Below are positions 7,892 through 16,836 of a DNA stretch of 26,212 nt, piece after piece. The translations under genes and the position numbers were made by a program. The notes beneath the pieces were generated by a model, which did no database searches, was not told the DNA's origin, and saw only the letters and a program-made list of their open reading frames with translations. The DNA comes from Candidatus Wolfebacteria bacterium GWA1_42_9 (GTDB lineage: Bacteria > Patescibacteriota > Minisyncoccia > UBA6257 > JAGOQP01), in the NCBI GenBank assembly GCA_001793775.1, contig MGIN01000027.1:9855-36066 (forward strand), given 5' to 3'. Position 1 is the first letter of the stretch. Every line of letters starts with the position of its first letter.

Positions 7892-10255
7892 ATGGATCTA
7901 ATCAGAAAAAACAAAAAATTTATCTCCAAGGCGCTTTTGATTGTTTTTGTTCTGGTGCCGGTCTTGTATTTTGGGGTAAATATTCAGCATGCGAACGCGC
8001 AGTTTCTGAATATCGCAGGCTTTGCCATCAAATCCGTCCTCAATTTAGTTACATTTTTACTTGGAATTGTTCAGTGGATAGTCGGCGTTGTTTTAATCAA
8101 GTTGGGCGCCATTCTTGTCGGTTTTGTTCTGCTTATTAATCAAACCCTACTGAAGGATTTAAATAACGACCATTTTGTTGTTATCGGTTGGAGGGTTTTC
8201 AGGGATTTGGCCAACCTGGGATTCGTCTTAGGAATAATAATTATCGCCATCTCCACTATCTTGAGATTTAAAACCTATGCCTATCAAAACCTTCTTCCCA
8301 AGTTAATCATTGCCGCCCTGGTGATTAATTTTAGCCTGGTAATCGCCGGTTCCATTATCAGTGTCTCCGACATATTTTCCAACTTCTTCATAAGTTACAT
8401 CTCCGGGAGAGGATCGGACTCATCGGCCATTTCCACCGTCTCTCAGCAGATAGTTGACAGATTTAATTATGTAAAACTTGCTGTCCCGGGGAGTGGTTCT
8501 TCTGGGCAGTGTTCTGTCTATAAAGAAGGCTGGTCGGCGCAAAGAATAGAAGAGGTTTGCCAAGACGAGGCTAGCTGGGAAGCCGCCGGTCAGGATTTTA
8601 GTAGTCCGGAAAATTGCCGAGCTAATCTTCCCGCCTTAATGTGTGCCCAGCGGGCTGGCGCTGACACCCAAGACGTTCCGGATAAGGAATTCTATGCTCA
8701 AATACAAAAAGACAATCTTTCCAATAACTTGTATCAAATAGGAGGAGTTTTTATCTCCGTGGTGGTGGGATTTTTCATATTTTTGAGTCTTCTAGCTTTA
8801 GCCGGCGGATTATTTTTGAGATATTTTTATCTAGCTTTTCTTCTGATTGTTTCTCCTTTGGTTTGGGTACTTTGGGTGTTTCCTTATACAAGAGGCCATT
8901 GGAAAAAATGGTGGGAATCGTTCATTAAATGGACTTTCTTTGCCCCCGTTGTCCTGTTTTTTCTGTACCTGACATTGATTTTCTTGTCCAAGAGCAGCGG
9001 GGGCTATGGGAGCAAGGCCGATGAGATAGCGCTCACGTCCGGTACCAGCATTGCTGGAGTTGGATTCTCTAATATAATAGTTCCTCTTATGGCGGGAGCA
9101 TTGCTTTTCGCCGGGTTAAAAATTTCCCAGACGATGGGATTTGCCGGAGCGTCGTTTGTTCTGAATAGGGCCGAGAAGATGGGGGGGTGGGCGAGGACGA
9201 AGGCGGTTAGAGGAGCTCAAAGAGGAGGGGCGCTGGCTATGAGAAGTAAACCCGGACAATGGGTTAAAAAACCATTGGCAACTTTTGGCGCTACTAAAGT
9301 TGGAAGATTTCTGGGTGCCGGCAAAGCAGCTCAAGGGTTGGAAGCGGCAACGGTTAAACTGGAAAGAAAATCTCAGGCTTATCTTGAAGACAAAAAGAAA
9401 TCTTTTGGAACAATGTCTTCGGAAAATATCGTCGGTTTGTGGAAAACAATGACGGGTGAGGAGCAGGCGGCAGCGATGGAAGTTTTGGCCTCCAGAAACG
9501 ACCTAGGCGATCTCAAAGACCAGAATATGACCACTATCGGTGGTTCTTTGGCAGCAATGAGAAGATTCGGAAGAGAGAAGGAAGCCAAAGAACTTGAAAG
9601 AAAATTGGGAATGAATCAAACAATGGCTGAACGATTAAAAATTTTAAACACTTCCGCCCGGGGTTCGGCAGAACATACCCAGGCGCTGGCAGAGTACAGA
9701 AGAGCGGCCGCCGACCATTACGGTAAATACTCCACCGATCACTGGAGAGATTTCGGGTCTAACTTGGGAAACAATGTTTTTTCGGGAAGAACCTTCGGCG
9801 GGTTGAGAGACGATGTTTATCAGGAAATGTCGGGCCAAGCCGCTCAGTATGCCAGCGATGATTACAGAAAATCGATTCACGCCATTGCTCCTAAAATGAG
9901 AAACAATACAAACCTCTCCAATTTCAATAAAGCCACCATCGAAAGAAAAATCGGGTGGCTGAGGGGACACGTCTCGGGTCTGGACTTATCAATCCCAGCC
10001 AACCAAGAACTATTGGGGCAGTTTAATAATTATGCCGCAGAGTTTGATAATGCCGTCAAGAACAAAAACGGCGACTTCTCTGATCTCGCTGAAATGATGA
10101 GTAAATGTGGAGACGCGAGTATCAGAGATTTTGCCAACCATATTAGGGGGCAAATCTCTGCCTTTGCGATGGGGGCTTATTCGGCGGCTCCGCCGACGCC
10201 GGGAGCGGCACCAACACCTACACCCACGCCGCCACCGACCGGGAAAGGGCCGTAA
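7892..10255 (+). CDS. VirB6/TrbL-like polytopic inner-membrane protein with a long C-terminal extension
   Basis: GWRVFRDLANLGF...LLPKLIIAALVINFSL and LRYFYLAFLLIVSPLVWVLWVFP...WKKWWESFIKWTFFAPV helices; ~370-aa hydrophilic tail ending in a Pro/Thr-rich stretch. Confidence 0.7.
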   Translation: MDLIRKNKKFISKALLIVFVLVPVLYFGVNIQHANAQFLNIAGFAIKSVLNLVTFLLGIVQWIVGVVLIKLGAILVGFVLLINQTLLKDLNNDHFVVIGWRVFRDLANLGFVLGIIIIAISTILRFKTYAYQNLLPKLIIAALVINFSLVIAGSIISVSDIFSNFFISYISGRGSDSSAISTVSQQIVDRFNYVKLAVPGSGSSGQCSVYKEGWSAQRIEEVCQDEASWEAAGQDFSSPENCRANLPALMCAQRAGADTQDVPDKEFYAQIQKDNLSNNLYQIGGVFISVVVGFFIFLSLLALAGGLFLRYFYLAFLLIVSPLVWVLWVFPYTRGHWKKWWESFIKWTFFAPVVLFFLYLTLIFLSKSSGGYGSKADEIALTSGTSIAGVGFSNIIVPLMAGALLFAGLKISQTMGFAGASFVLNRAEKMGGWARTKAVRGAQRGGALAMRSKPGQWVKKPLATFGATKVGRFLGAGKAAQGLEAATVKLERKSQAYLEDKKKSFGTMSSENIVGLWKTMTGEEQAAAMEVLASRNDLGDLKDQNMTTIGGSLAAMRRFGREKEAKELERKLGMNQTMAERLKILNTSARGSAEHTQALAEYRRAAADHYGKYSTDHWRDFGSNLGNNVFSGRTFGGLRDDVYQEMSGQAAQYASDDYRKSIHAIAPKMRNNTNLSNFNKATIERKIGWLRGHVSGLDLSIPANQELLGQFNNYAAEFDNAVKNKNGDFSDLAEMMSKCGDASIRDFANHIRGQISAFAMGAYSAAPPTPGAAPTPTPTPPPTGKGP

Positions 10256-10276
10256 ACCAAACAGAGTAAATAAAAC

Positions 10277-11206
10277 ATGATGATTGTATCCAGAGAACAG
10301 GTACTGCAAAGATGGGACAGCACACCCGATCTGATTAAGGAAGCGGTCTATTCGCCAACCAATAACGACACCCTGGCGAATATCTCTTCCAGTTTTCATC
10401 TTTCCGAGGAGAGGCATCGGGACCTGGCCTATCTTTGTCTTTTAGTTTTTTTTGGTTTTATTCATCTTCAAGATCTCTATAGGGAGATAAAAAATTCTCT
10501 GGGAATCGATGCCCGAATAGCCCTGGATATCTATCATGAGCTGGACCAAAAAATCTTCTCTCCTTTCCACAAAGAGATTGAAGAAAACTATCTGAAATTT
10601 AAAATGGGGGTGACCAGGCCGGAGGAAGTAACCGAACCCGCAGTCGGTCCTTCCCAGATAGTTTTAAAAAAGGAACCGGCTTCAGTTCTCAATTTGAAAC
10701 CGGAGATACCTCGTTTAGCTGAAGAGTATCAGTCATCCGGGCAGGCTCCAGCAGCCGAACCAAAAAGAATTGAAGTTTCTCAAATGGAAAGAGGAACAAA
10801 ACCCGTCACTCCTCCGGCAACCGGCGTTCAACCGGCTCCAGCCAAACCGGAAGAGTCCGGGTTGGAAATGGGACCGATGATTATTCATAAAGAGGAAGAA
10901 TCCGAATCAATTTCCCAGGTGAGAGCGACAGACGCTTTTAAGCAAAATACCTTTGGAGGATTCAGGGGATCGTTTAAAGCGCCGACTATCGCCAGACCTC
11001 AGGAAACCGTCTCTAGAGCCGAGGTAGAAATGCCGACGACAAAAAAAGCAGAAGCCGGAGAGATGGGGAAAATTCCAGTGGTGGTTAAAAAATATGAAGA
11101 ACAGCCCAAAACAATACACTATGGGGTTTTTAGGACGGAGCTGAAGCCGAAAGAGAGCGACAAGAGCGGTGATGACGGGAAAACCATAGATTTGTCCAAG
11201 TTATGA
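10277..11206 (+). CDS. Hypothetical protein: helical N-terminal domain plus a Pro/Glu/Lys-rich, probably disordered C-terminus
   Basis: 309-aa ORF co-oriented with the cluster; no clear signal peptide. Confidence 0.8.
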   Translation: MMIVSREQVLQRWDSTPDLIKEAVYSPTNNDTLANISSSFHLSEERHRDLAYLCLLVFFGFIHLQDLYREIKNSLGIDARIALDIYHELDQKIFSPFHKEIEENYLKFKMGVTRPEEVTEPAVGPSQIVLKKEPASVLNLKPEIPRLAEEYQSSGQAPAAEPKRIEVSQMERGTKPVTPPATGVQPAPAKPEESGLEMGPMIIHKEEESESISQVRATDAFKQNTFGGFRGSFKAPTIARPQETVSRAEVEMPTTKKAEAGEMGKIPVVVKKYEEQPKTIHYGVFRTELKPKESDKSGDDGKTIDLSKL

Positions 11207-11255
11207 TGTATTTGAAATTTGAAAATTAAATATTATTTCGAATTTTATTAAAACA

Positions 11256-11801
11256 ATGGCTCAGTTTGAAGTTCCCCAATTTATTGATGTCGAGAGTAAA
11301 ATTGTCGGGCCGCTGACATTAAAGCAGTTTGGTCTGATTGCCGTTCCCAGTTTAGCCTCTTTTTTCCTCTTTTTTGTTTTAGCCAGATTTCTCTGGGTGA
11401 TCGTTGCTTTTATTTTGGTAATGGCGGGAGTTCTTTTCGCTTTTATTAAAATTGGCGGCCGACCACTATATTTGATAACTATCTACGCCTTCCAATTCCT
11501 TTGGAAACCAAAGCTTTATTTATGGCGAAGGGCGGTGGTTCAGGAAGAAATCGCCATTCCTTCTCCGGCGGGAGGCCTTTCAGCGGTTTCGGCCAAGAGA
11601 AATGCTTTAAAGTCGGCAGCAACGGGAGTTTACGGAAGCGTCACCAAGCTCTGGCAGAACCTGACGACCACTAAAAACCCCATTCCCAAAAGGGAAAAAG
11701 CGGTTCCCAAAAAATCCATCTCTGAGATTAAGGAGCAGTATATGGTTTTTCGAAAAGTCAGTGGAGAAAGAGAAGTGGCTAAAAGAGTGGATTATAGATA
11801 A
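11256..11801 (+). CDS. PrgI-family (VirB3-like) membrane protein
   Basis: QFEVPQFIDVESKIVGPLTLKQF N-terminus followed by two TM helices and IKIGGRP; lies before the VirB4-like genes. Confidence 0.85.
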   Translation: MAQFEVPQFIDVESKIVGPLTLKQFGLIAVPSLASFFLFFVLARFLWVIVAFILVMAGVLFAFIKIGGRPLYLITIYAFQFLWKPKLYLWRRAVVQEEIAIPSPAGGLSAVSAKRNALKSAATGVYGSVTKLWQNLTTTKNPIPKREKAVPKKSISEIKEQYMVFRKVSGEREVAKRVDYR

Positions 11802-11826
11802 AACGTTCTTATTAGTTAATTTGTTG

Positions 11827-11835
11827 TGTTATAAT
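11827..11835 (+). promoter_or_regulatory. Extended -10 promoter, probably giving a leaderless mRNA
   Basis: TGTTATAAT ends 7 nt before the ATG at 11843. Confidence 0.6.
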
Positions 11836-11842
11836 CTCACAT

Positions 11843-12532
11843 ATGTCCGATAAAACCGCGGAAAAAATCATTACCCCACCGAATTCCACCCAGCAATTTG
11901 TTGACGTGGAAGAAGTAAAAGACGGAATTGTTATTCTTAAAGGAGGTTCTTTAAGGGCGGTGATTATGGTCGCTGGCATTAACTTTGAGCTTAAATCCGA
12001 AGAGGAGCAGGACATTATTACCGGCGCCTACCAGGATTTTCTTAACTCCCTGGATTTTTCGGTGCAAATTATCATCCATTCCCGAAAACTGAATATAGAT
12101 AATTATCTCAGGAAAATGGAAGAGGTTCGTTCCAGGGAACCAAACGAGCTTCTGCGTAATCAGATTGATGAATATATCGCTTTTGTCAGGGGTTTTGTCA
12201 AAGAAAACGAGATTATGACAAAAACTTTTTTTGTGGTTGTTCCCTATGAGGCTGGTGGGGCGGAAGCGATTAGAAAAGGGGTTATGGATTTTGTTCCCTT
12301 TCTCAGTTCAAAGAAAAAGTCTGACAAAAAAAAGACAGAAAGCCGGGAGCAGGGTGTTATTCAGTTAAGACAGAGGATAGATCAGGTAGCTTCCGGTCTG
12401 GAAAGAATTGGTTTGCGAGCCGTTCCTTTAAATGACGAGGAACTGATAGAGCTTTACTACAATCTTTATAATCCAGAGACGACAGAGAAGGAGCTTCCTA
12501 AAAAAGAAACTTCTCCCAATCCTGAATCCTAA
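11843..12532 (+). CDS. Protein resembling the VirB4/TraE N-terminal domain, without an ATPase motif
   Basis: TQQFVDVEEVKDG, INFELKSEEEQ, FLNSLDFSVQIIIHSRKLNI, and FFVVVPY; sits between PrgI and the VirB4 ATPase. Confidence 0.7.
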   Translation: MSDKTAEKIITPPNSTQQFVDVEEVKDGIVILKGGSLRAVIMVAGINFELKSEEEQDIITGAYQDFLNSLDFSVQIIIHSRKLNIDNYLRKMEEVRSREPNELLRNQIDEYIAFVRGFVKENEIMTKTFFVVVPYEAGGAEAIRKGVMDFVPFLSSKKKSDKKKTESREQGVIQLRQRIDQVASGLERIGLRAVPLNDEELIELYYNLYNPETTEKELPKKETSPNPES

Positions 12533-12600
12533 TTACAAATACCAAATGAAAATTCAGATGTTAAAATCCCATATTTGGAATTAGATATTAGAACTTTGAC
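12518..12600. repeat. Imperfect inverted arrangement of ~7-nt-periodic repeats
   Basis: AAT at 12518, 12525, 12531, 12538 and 12545; ATT at 12573, 12580 and 12587 on the opposite arm. Confidence 0.5.
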
Positions 12601-12614
12601 GTTAAATATACTAT

Positions 12615-14369
12615 ATGCCCGAGGAAATTAAAATTGTTAAACCCTACAGTAGCGAAGAAAAAGAGGTTAAGAATCTAATTGCCCCAGCCGCTTTGGAGGT
12701 TAATCAGAGTCATATTAAAATTGGCAATAAGTTTGCCAAAACTCTTTTTGTTTTTTCTTATCCCCGCTATCTCTCCAGTGGTTGGTTTTCTTCTATCATC
12801 AATGTCGCCAAACTTTTTGACATCTCCATTTTTGTTCATCCGATTGATACTGCCTTAGCTCTCAGGCGTCTTCGCAAAAAAGCGGCTCAGATTGAAGCCG
12901 AGATCACCGAAAAGGAATCCAAGGGTTTTGTCCGTGATCCGATGCTGGAAACGGCCTTTGCCGATATTGAATCTTTGCGGGACAATCTTCAACAAGCCCG
13001 GGAACGTCTTTTTGACACGGCGGTTTACATTACTATTTACGGCGATTCTTTGGAAAAATTGAATGAATTGGAAGAAATCGTCACCAATCTTTTTGAGAGC
13101 AAATTAATTTACGTTAAGCCGGCCATCTTTCAGCAGGTGGAAGGATTGATTTCCGCTCTTCCTCTTTGTCAGGACAAATTAGCCATTCGTACTCCCCTAA
13201 ACTCGGGACCAATCTCCTCTTTCTTCCCTTTTGTTTCTATGGATCTGACCTCGGAGGAAGGAATCATGTACGGTATCAACCAGCACAATAGCACCCTGGT
13301 TATTTTTGACAGGTTTTCTCTGGAAAACGGCAACATGGTGGTTTTTGCCAAATCCGGCGGAGGAAAATCTTACGCTTCCAAACTGGAAATTTTGAGGTCG
13401 CTGATGATAGGCACCGAGGTAATCGTCATTGATCCGGAAAACGAATATAAAAATCTTTGTGATACGGTGGGAGGAACTTATTTCAAAATTTCCTTGACCT
13501 CTGACCAGCACATCAATCCTTTTGACATTCCTGTTGTTCCCGAGGGAGAAGATTCGGCCGGTGTTTTTAAATCCCATATTCTGACATTGACCGGACTTTT
13601 GAAGATAATGCTGGGTGATATAACCGTTGAAGAAGAGGCGATTTTGGATAGAGCTCTGACCGAAACATACGCTTCCCGCGACATTACTCCCGACAATCCT
13701 AATTTTCTCAACTTGGAAGCGCCGATTTTGTCCGATTTTGAAACGGTTCTGCGAAACATGGAGGGTGGACGGTCAATGGCCGACAAGCTTTATCGCTTTA
13801 CTCAAGGAACTTACTCGGGATTTGTCAATCAGAAAACTAACGTGGATGTAAACAATCGACTGGTGGTTTTCTCCATCAGGGATTTGGAGGAAGAACTGCG
13901 GCCGGTGGCCATGTATGTTATTTTGAATTTTATCTGGAATCTGGTGCGCTCTCAGTTAAAGAGAAGAGTTTTAGTGGTGGACGAGGCCTGGGTGATGATG
14001 AAGTATCCCGAGGGTGCCGCCTTTCTTTTTGCTCTCGCCAAAAGGGGAAGAAAATATTATCTGGGGCTGACAACCATCACTCAAGAGGTGGAAGATTTTT
14101 TGAGTTCTCCTTACGGCAAGCCGATTATCACCAACTCATCGCTTCAGCTGCTTTTGAAGGAAGCTCCGGCCAGCATTGATATTGTTGCCAAAACTTTTGG
14201 TCTAACCGAAGCGGAAAAAAATCTTTTATTGGAGGCGGGAGTGGGACAGGGATTGTTTTTTGCCGGACTAAAACACGTGGCTATTCAGGTGGTCGCTTCC
14301 TACTTTGAAGACAAGGTGATTACCACCAAACCCCAGCAGTTATTGGGAGAAGAAACGCAGTTGATATAA
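12615..14369 (+). CDS. VirB4/TraC/ConE-like ATPase
   Basis: YGIN, Walker A AKSGGGKS (13347-13370), VIDPENEY, INPFD, Walker B VVDEAW, KRGRKY, TITQEVEDF and G.GQGLFF motifs. Confidence 0.9.
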   Translation: MPEEIKIVKPYSSEEKEVKNLIAPAALEVNQSHIKIGNKFAKTLFVFSYPRYLSSGWFSSIINVAKLFDISIFVHPIDTALALRRLRKKAAQIEAEITEKESKGFVRDPMLETAFADIESLRDNLQQARERLFDTAVYITIYGDSLEKLNELEEIVTNLFESKLIYVKPAIFQQVEGLISALPLCQDKLAIRTPLNSGPISSFFPFVSMDLTSEEGIMYGINQHNSTLVIFDRFSLENGNMVVFAKSGGGKSYASKLEILRSLMIGTEVIVIDPENEYKNLCDTVGGTYFKISLTSDQHINPFDIPVVPEGEDSAGVFKSHILTLTGLLKIMLGDITVEEEAILDRALTETYASRDITPDNPNFLNLEAPILSDFETVLRNMEGGRSMADKLYRFTQGTYSGFVNQKTNVDVNNRLVVFSIRDLEEELRPVAMYVILNFIWNLVRSQLKRRVLVVDEAWVMMKYPEGAAFLFALAKRGRKYYLGLTTITQEVEDFLSSPYGKPIITNSSLQLLLKEAPASIDIVAKTFGLTEAEKNLLLEAGVGQGLFFAGLKHVAIQVVASYFEDKVITTKPQQLLGEETQLI

Positions 14370-14480
14370 TGCGAAGGCTGTAAATTGTGAACCCAACTTT
14401 TTATTCTATGGAAAATGTTGGTTGCGGGTTGGTAAATTTGTATACTGGTAATCAATTTGTCATTCGTCGGTTGTGTTGTT

Positions 14481-14963
14481 ATGAATGAAAAAGAACAAAA
14501 AAGTGAAAAGACTCAACAAAGAACAGAGATGTTGGATAAGCAGGGAGGAGAGACAGAGGAAAGCAACGAAACGGAAAACAAAGAAGGCGAGACAGGAGAG
14601 AACGAAGATGGGACATCAGAAAAAATCGAATCCCTGCAACAGGGTCCCCGTTTTGATTTCATGGAATCTTTTTTTTATGTGTCGATGGCTGTTTTGAGCG
14701 ATATATTTGACGGCCTATGGATATCAAGATTTTTCTTTGCTCCCGCTACCCTGCTCTGGCTTTATATGAAAGGGCTTAATAACGTGATTTCAAAAAATGC
14801 CATTGCCCAAGGAGTAGAACTCATTCCAGTCATAGGATTTTTGCCATTGAGCACCATAGCTGCGATTTTAACTATTTGGGTCACCAACAATCCCGAATCA
14901 TTTAACAAGGTTTTTGGCATAGCTGGAAAAATTTTCCAAAAAATAGCTAAAAAGGGAAAATAA
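14481..14963 (+). CDS. Small membrane protein with an acidic, disordered N-terminus
   Basis: ATG at 14481 is in frame with the called ORF (14457). Glu/Lys/Gly-rich first ~50 aa, then hydrophobic helices including ELIPVIGFLPL. Confidence 0.75.
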   Translation: MNEKEQKSEKTQQRTEMLDKQGGETEESNETENKEGETGENEDGTSEKIESLQQGPRFDFMESFFYVSMAVLSDIFDGLWISRFFFAPATLLWLYMKGLNNVISKNAIAQGVELIPVIGFLPLSTIAAILTIWVTNNPESFNKVFGIAGKIFQKIAKKGK

Positions 14964-14971
14964 GTGAATTA

Positions 14972-14980
14972 TGCTATAAT
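14972..14980 (+). promoter_or_regulatory. Extended -10 promoter, probably giving a leaderless mRNA
   Basis: TGCTATAAT ends 7 nt before the ATG at 14988. Confidence 0.6.
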
Positions 14981-14987
14981 ATATAAG

Positions 14988-15701
14988 ATGAGTTTTAAAA
15001 AGATAAAAATTTTAATACTTGTTATCGGCACCATGGCTGTCTTTTGGACCGTTAACCTGGCTTTGGCCGCCGAGCCGCTCTTACTTTTTTCCTGGAAAGC
15101 CCAGAACTTCGTTCCTGATTGGTTTGGAGGAAAATCTTTGCCTATCAACCAGACAAAAATTTTAATGTCCTTTGAAGCTGTCAGCCAGAGCCAAGCGGAT
15201 TTGGGTAAGATTATGGACGTCTCGGAAAAGGAGATTAGCTGGTATGTCAACGATAAAACGGTAGGTAAAGGGAAAGGATTAAAGTCTGTTACCGTTACCA
15301 AAGACGATTTTCCCCGGGATTCCATTGATGTCAAGATTAAGGGGGAGTTTTATGACGCTGATGCCAAAGAGAGTTATTTTGTCAACAAGTATTTTACCGT
15401 CCCTATCTCTGAACCGGAAATTGTTTTAAGCTACAAGAAAACGGAAAACTATTTTTCTTTGAACGAGACGGCTAGATTTGATCTATTTCCTTTCTTTTTT
15501 AACGTTGCCAGCGATTTTTTGGATATTGGATGGAGAGTGAATGAGCGGGAGATTAATCCTTTGCTCAGGGAGAATCTTTTTTTAGATTTGAAAGTGTCGG
15601 ATATGCCTCCCACTGGGCAGGTGAGAATTAGTGCTTCTGCCAAAAATGCCAGAGATGTGCTGGAAGATGCCTCTAAGTCGCTGATTTTTAAAGTTTATTA
15701 G
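14988..15701 (+). CDS. Secreted or surface protein, beta-strand-rich (possibly Ig-like)
   Basis: MSFKKIKILILVIGTMAVFWTVNLALA-AEP is a typical signal peptide. ATG at 14988 is preferred over the GTG at 14964. Confidence 0.8.
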   Translation: MSFKKIKILILVIGTMAVFWTVNLALAAEPLLLFSWKAQNFVPDWFGGKSLPINQTKILMSFEAVSQSQADLGKIMDVSEKEISWYVNDKTVGKGKGLKSVTVTKDDFPRDSIDVKIKGEFYDADAKESYFVNKYFTVPISEPEIVLSYKKTENYFSLNETARFDLFPFFFNVASDFLDIGWRVNEREINPLLRENLFLDLKVSDMPPTGQVRISASAKNARDVLEDASKSLIFKVY

Positions 15702-15715
15702 TATTAACTGCGTTC

Positions 15716-15760
15716 GCGGATTTACCCTCAAAAATTTTATCTGATAAAACTTAGGAGGGT
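15716..15760. repeat. ~45-bp palindromic element, intergenic copy (second copy inside mutM)
   Basis: ACCCTC/GAGGGT outer stem and TTTTATC-T-GATAAAA inner stem; 36/45 identical to 19928-19972; followed by 9-mers AACTGATTC AACTGATTG ATGCTGATA. Confidence 0.85.
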
Positions 15761-15796
15761 GAACTGATTCAACTGATTGATGCTGATAAAACTACT

Positions 15797-16834
15797 ATGA
15801 TGAATACTCTGGGGAAAATAATTATTATATTGGCCGTTGTCCTGATGGGGGTGAGTTTTTTTGCGGAGGCGGTTTTGGCGGAAACCTTTAATTTGGAGTA
15901 CCCGGATTTTGTCAACCCGGAGATAACCAAAACTCCGGCTGAGTTTATCAACAAGCTCTATATCTATGCTTTGGGGATATCAGGCACTTTGGCGGTGATG
16001 ATGATTGTTTACGGAGGGGTGAAATACGCTATTAATCCGGGAAACACATCGGCCCAGGGAGACGCCACCGACATTATCAAAAACGCTGTTTTTGGAGTTG
16101 TTCTCTTGGCAGGCGCCTATTTGATTTTGGAAACGATTAATCCGTCGCTGGTGATTTTAAAGAATCCGGGATTGGAAATGGTGCCAGTGTCAACCAGCAC
16201 TGAAGGAACAACTCCTCCACCCACAAAAGAAGAGGCTACCGAACTTATTAGAGTGGCTAAGTGGCTGTTGGATAATGAGGGTGGTAAATTTAGTTTTTCT
16301 GTCAACGCGACTTGCGGATCCATCTCCCATGCCAAAGGAAATCTGACAGATGTATCCAACGGAGAACTTCCTCTGGTCTGCAGTCCGGATTGTGTTTGTA
16401 AAAAAGGAGGAACGAGCGGGACGGTTACGTTAAATCTTAAGATGCTTAAAGGTCTCCAGTTTATTGTTATTAATTCCACCGTTCCGAAATCTGTGATTAC
16501 TAGTTTTACCGGAGGAAAACACAATACTACCTCTCAACACTACCAAGGGAACGCTGCCGACTTCTCTCCGGTGAATACCAGTCCGGACCAATGGGATAAA
16601 TTATTAACTAGTTTAAGAAACCCGAACGCCGGAGAAGCTTCTCTGGCTAAATGCGAGGCTCGTAAGTGGACGGATACTAATGGCAATGGTCAGAAAGATT
16701 CTCGAAAATCTGAGAGCAATCCTAATGGAGACGAGTACTCGACCGAGTTTTATAATTTTTGTTCTGATCTTTTTAATAACGCCTCATATCTTACTGGCAA
16801 GTTGGATAATATTCATATACATGCCAACTGGTAA
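15797..16834 (+). CDS. VirB2/TrbC-like CPR pilin domain fused to a C-terminal M15-type (LAS) zinc peptidase domain
   Basis: After a signal peptide: two hydrophobic helices with a YGGVKY...GN...A..IIKNAVFG...LILETINP pilin pattern. C-terminus has SQHYQGNAAD (SxHxxGxAxD, 16532-16561) and HIH (16814-16822). Confidence 0.8.
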   Translation: MMNTLGKIIIILAVVLMGVSFFAEAVLAETFNLEYPDFVNPEITKTPAEFINKLYIYALGISGTLAVMMIVYGGVKYAINPGNTSAQGDATDIIKNAVFGVVLLAGAYLILETINPSLVILKNPGLEMVPVSTSTEGTTPPPTKEEATELIRVAKWLLDNEGGKFSFSVNATCGSISHAKGNLTDVSNGELPLVCSPDCVCKKGGTSGTVTLNLKMLKGLQFIVINSTVPKSVITSFTGGKHNTTSQHYQGNAADFSPVNTSPDQWDKLLTSLRNPNAGEASLAKCEARKWTDTNGNGQKDSRKSESNPNGDEYSTEFYNFCSDLFNNASYLTGKLDNIHIHANW

Positions 16835-16836
16835 TC

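Noticed and set aside
11210-11223. ATTTGAA x2 upstream of prgI
   Set aside because: Only two units in AT-rich DNA; compatible with the heptamer class but not distinguishable from chance.
1-14369. Idea that comM, the helicase and the T4SS-like genes form one DNA-uptake system
   Set aside because: They are separated by unrelated genes (UbiA-family, rsmA). No comEC, comEA or dprA is in the window, and proximity is expected in a small genome.
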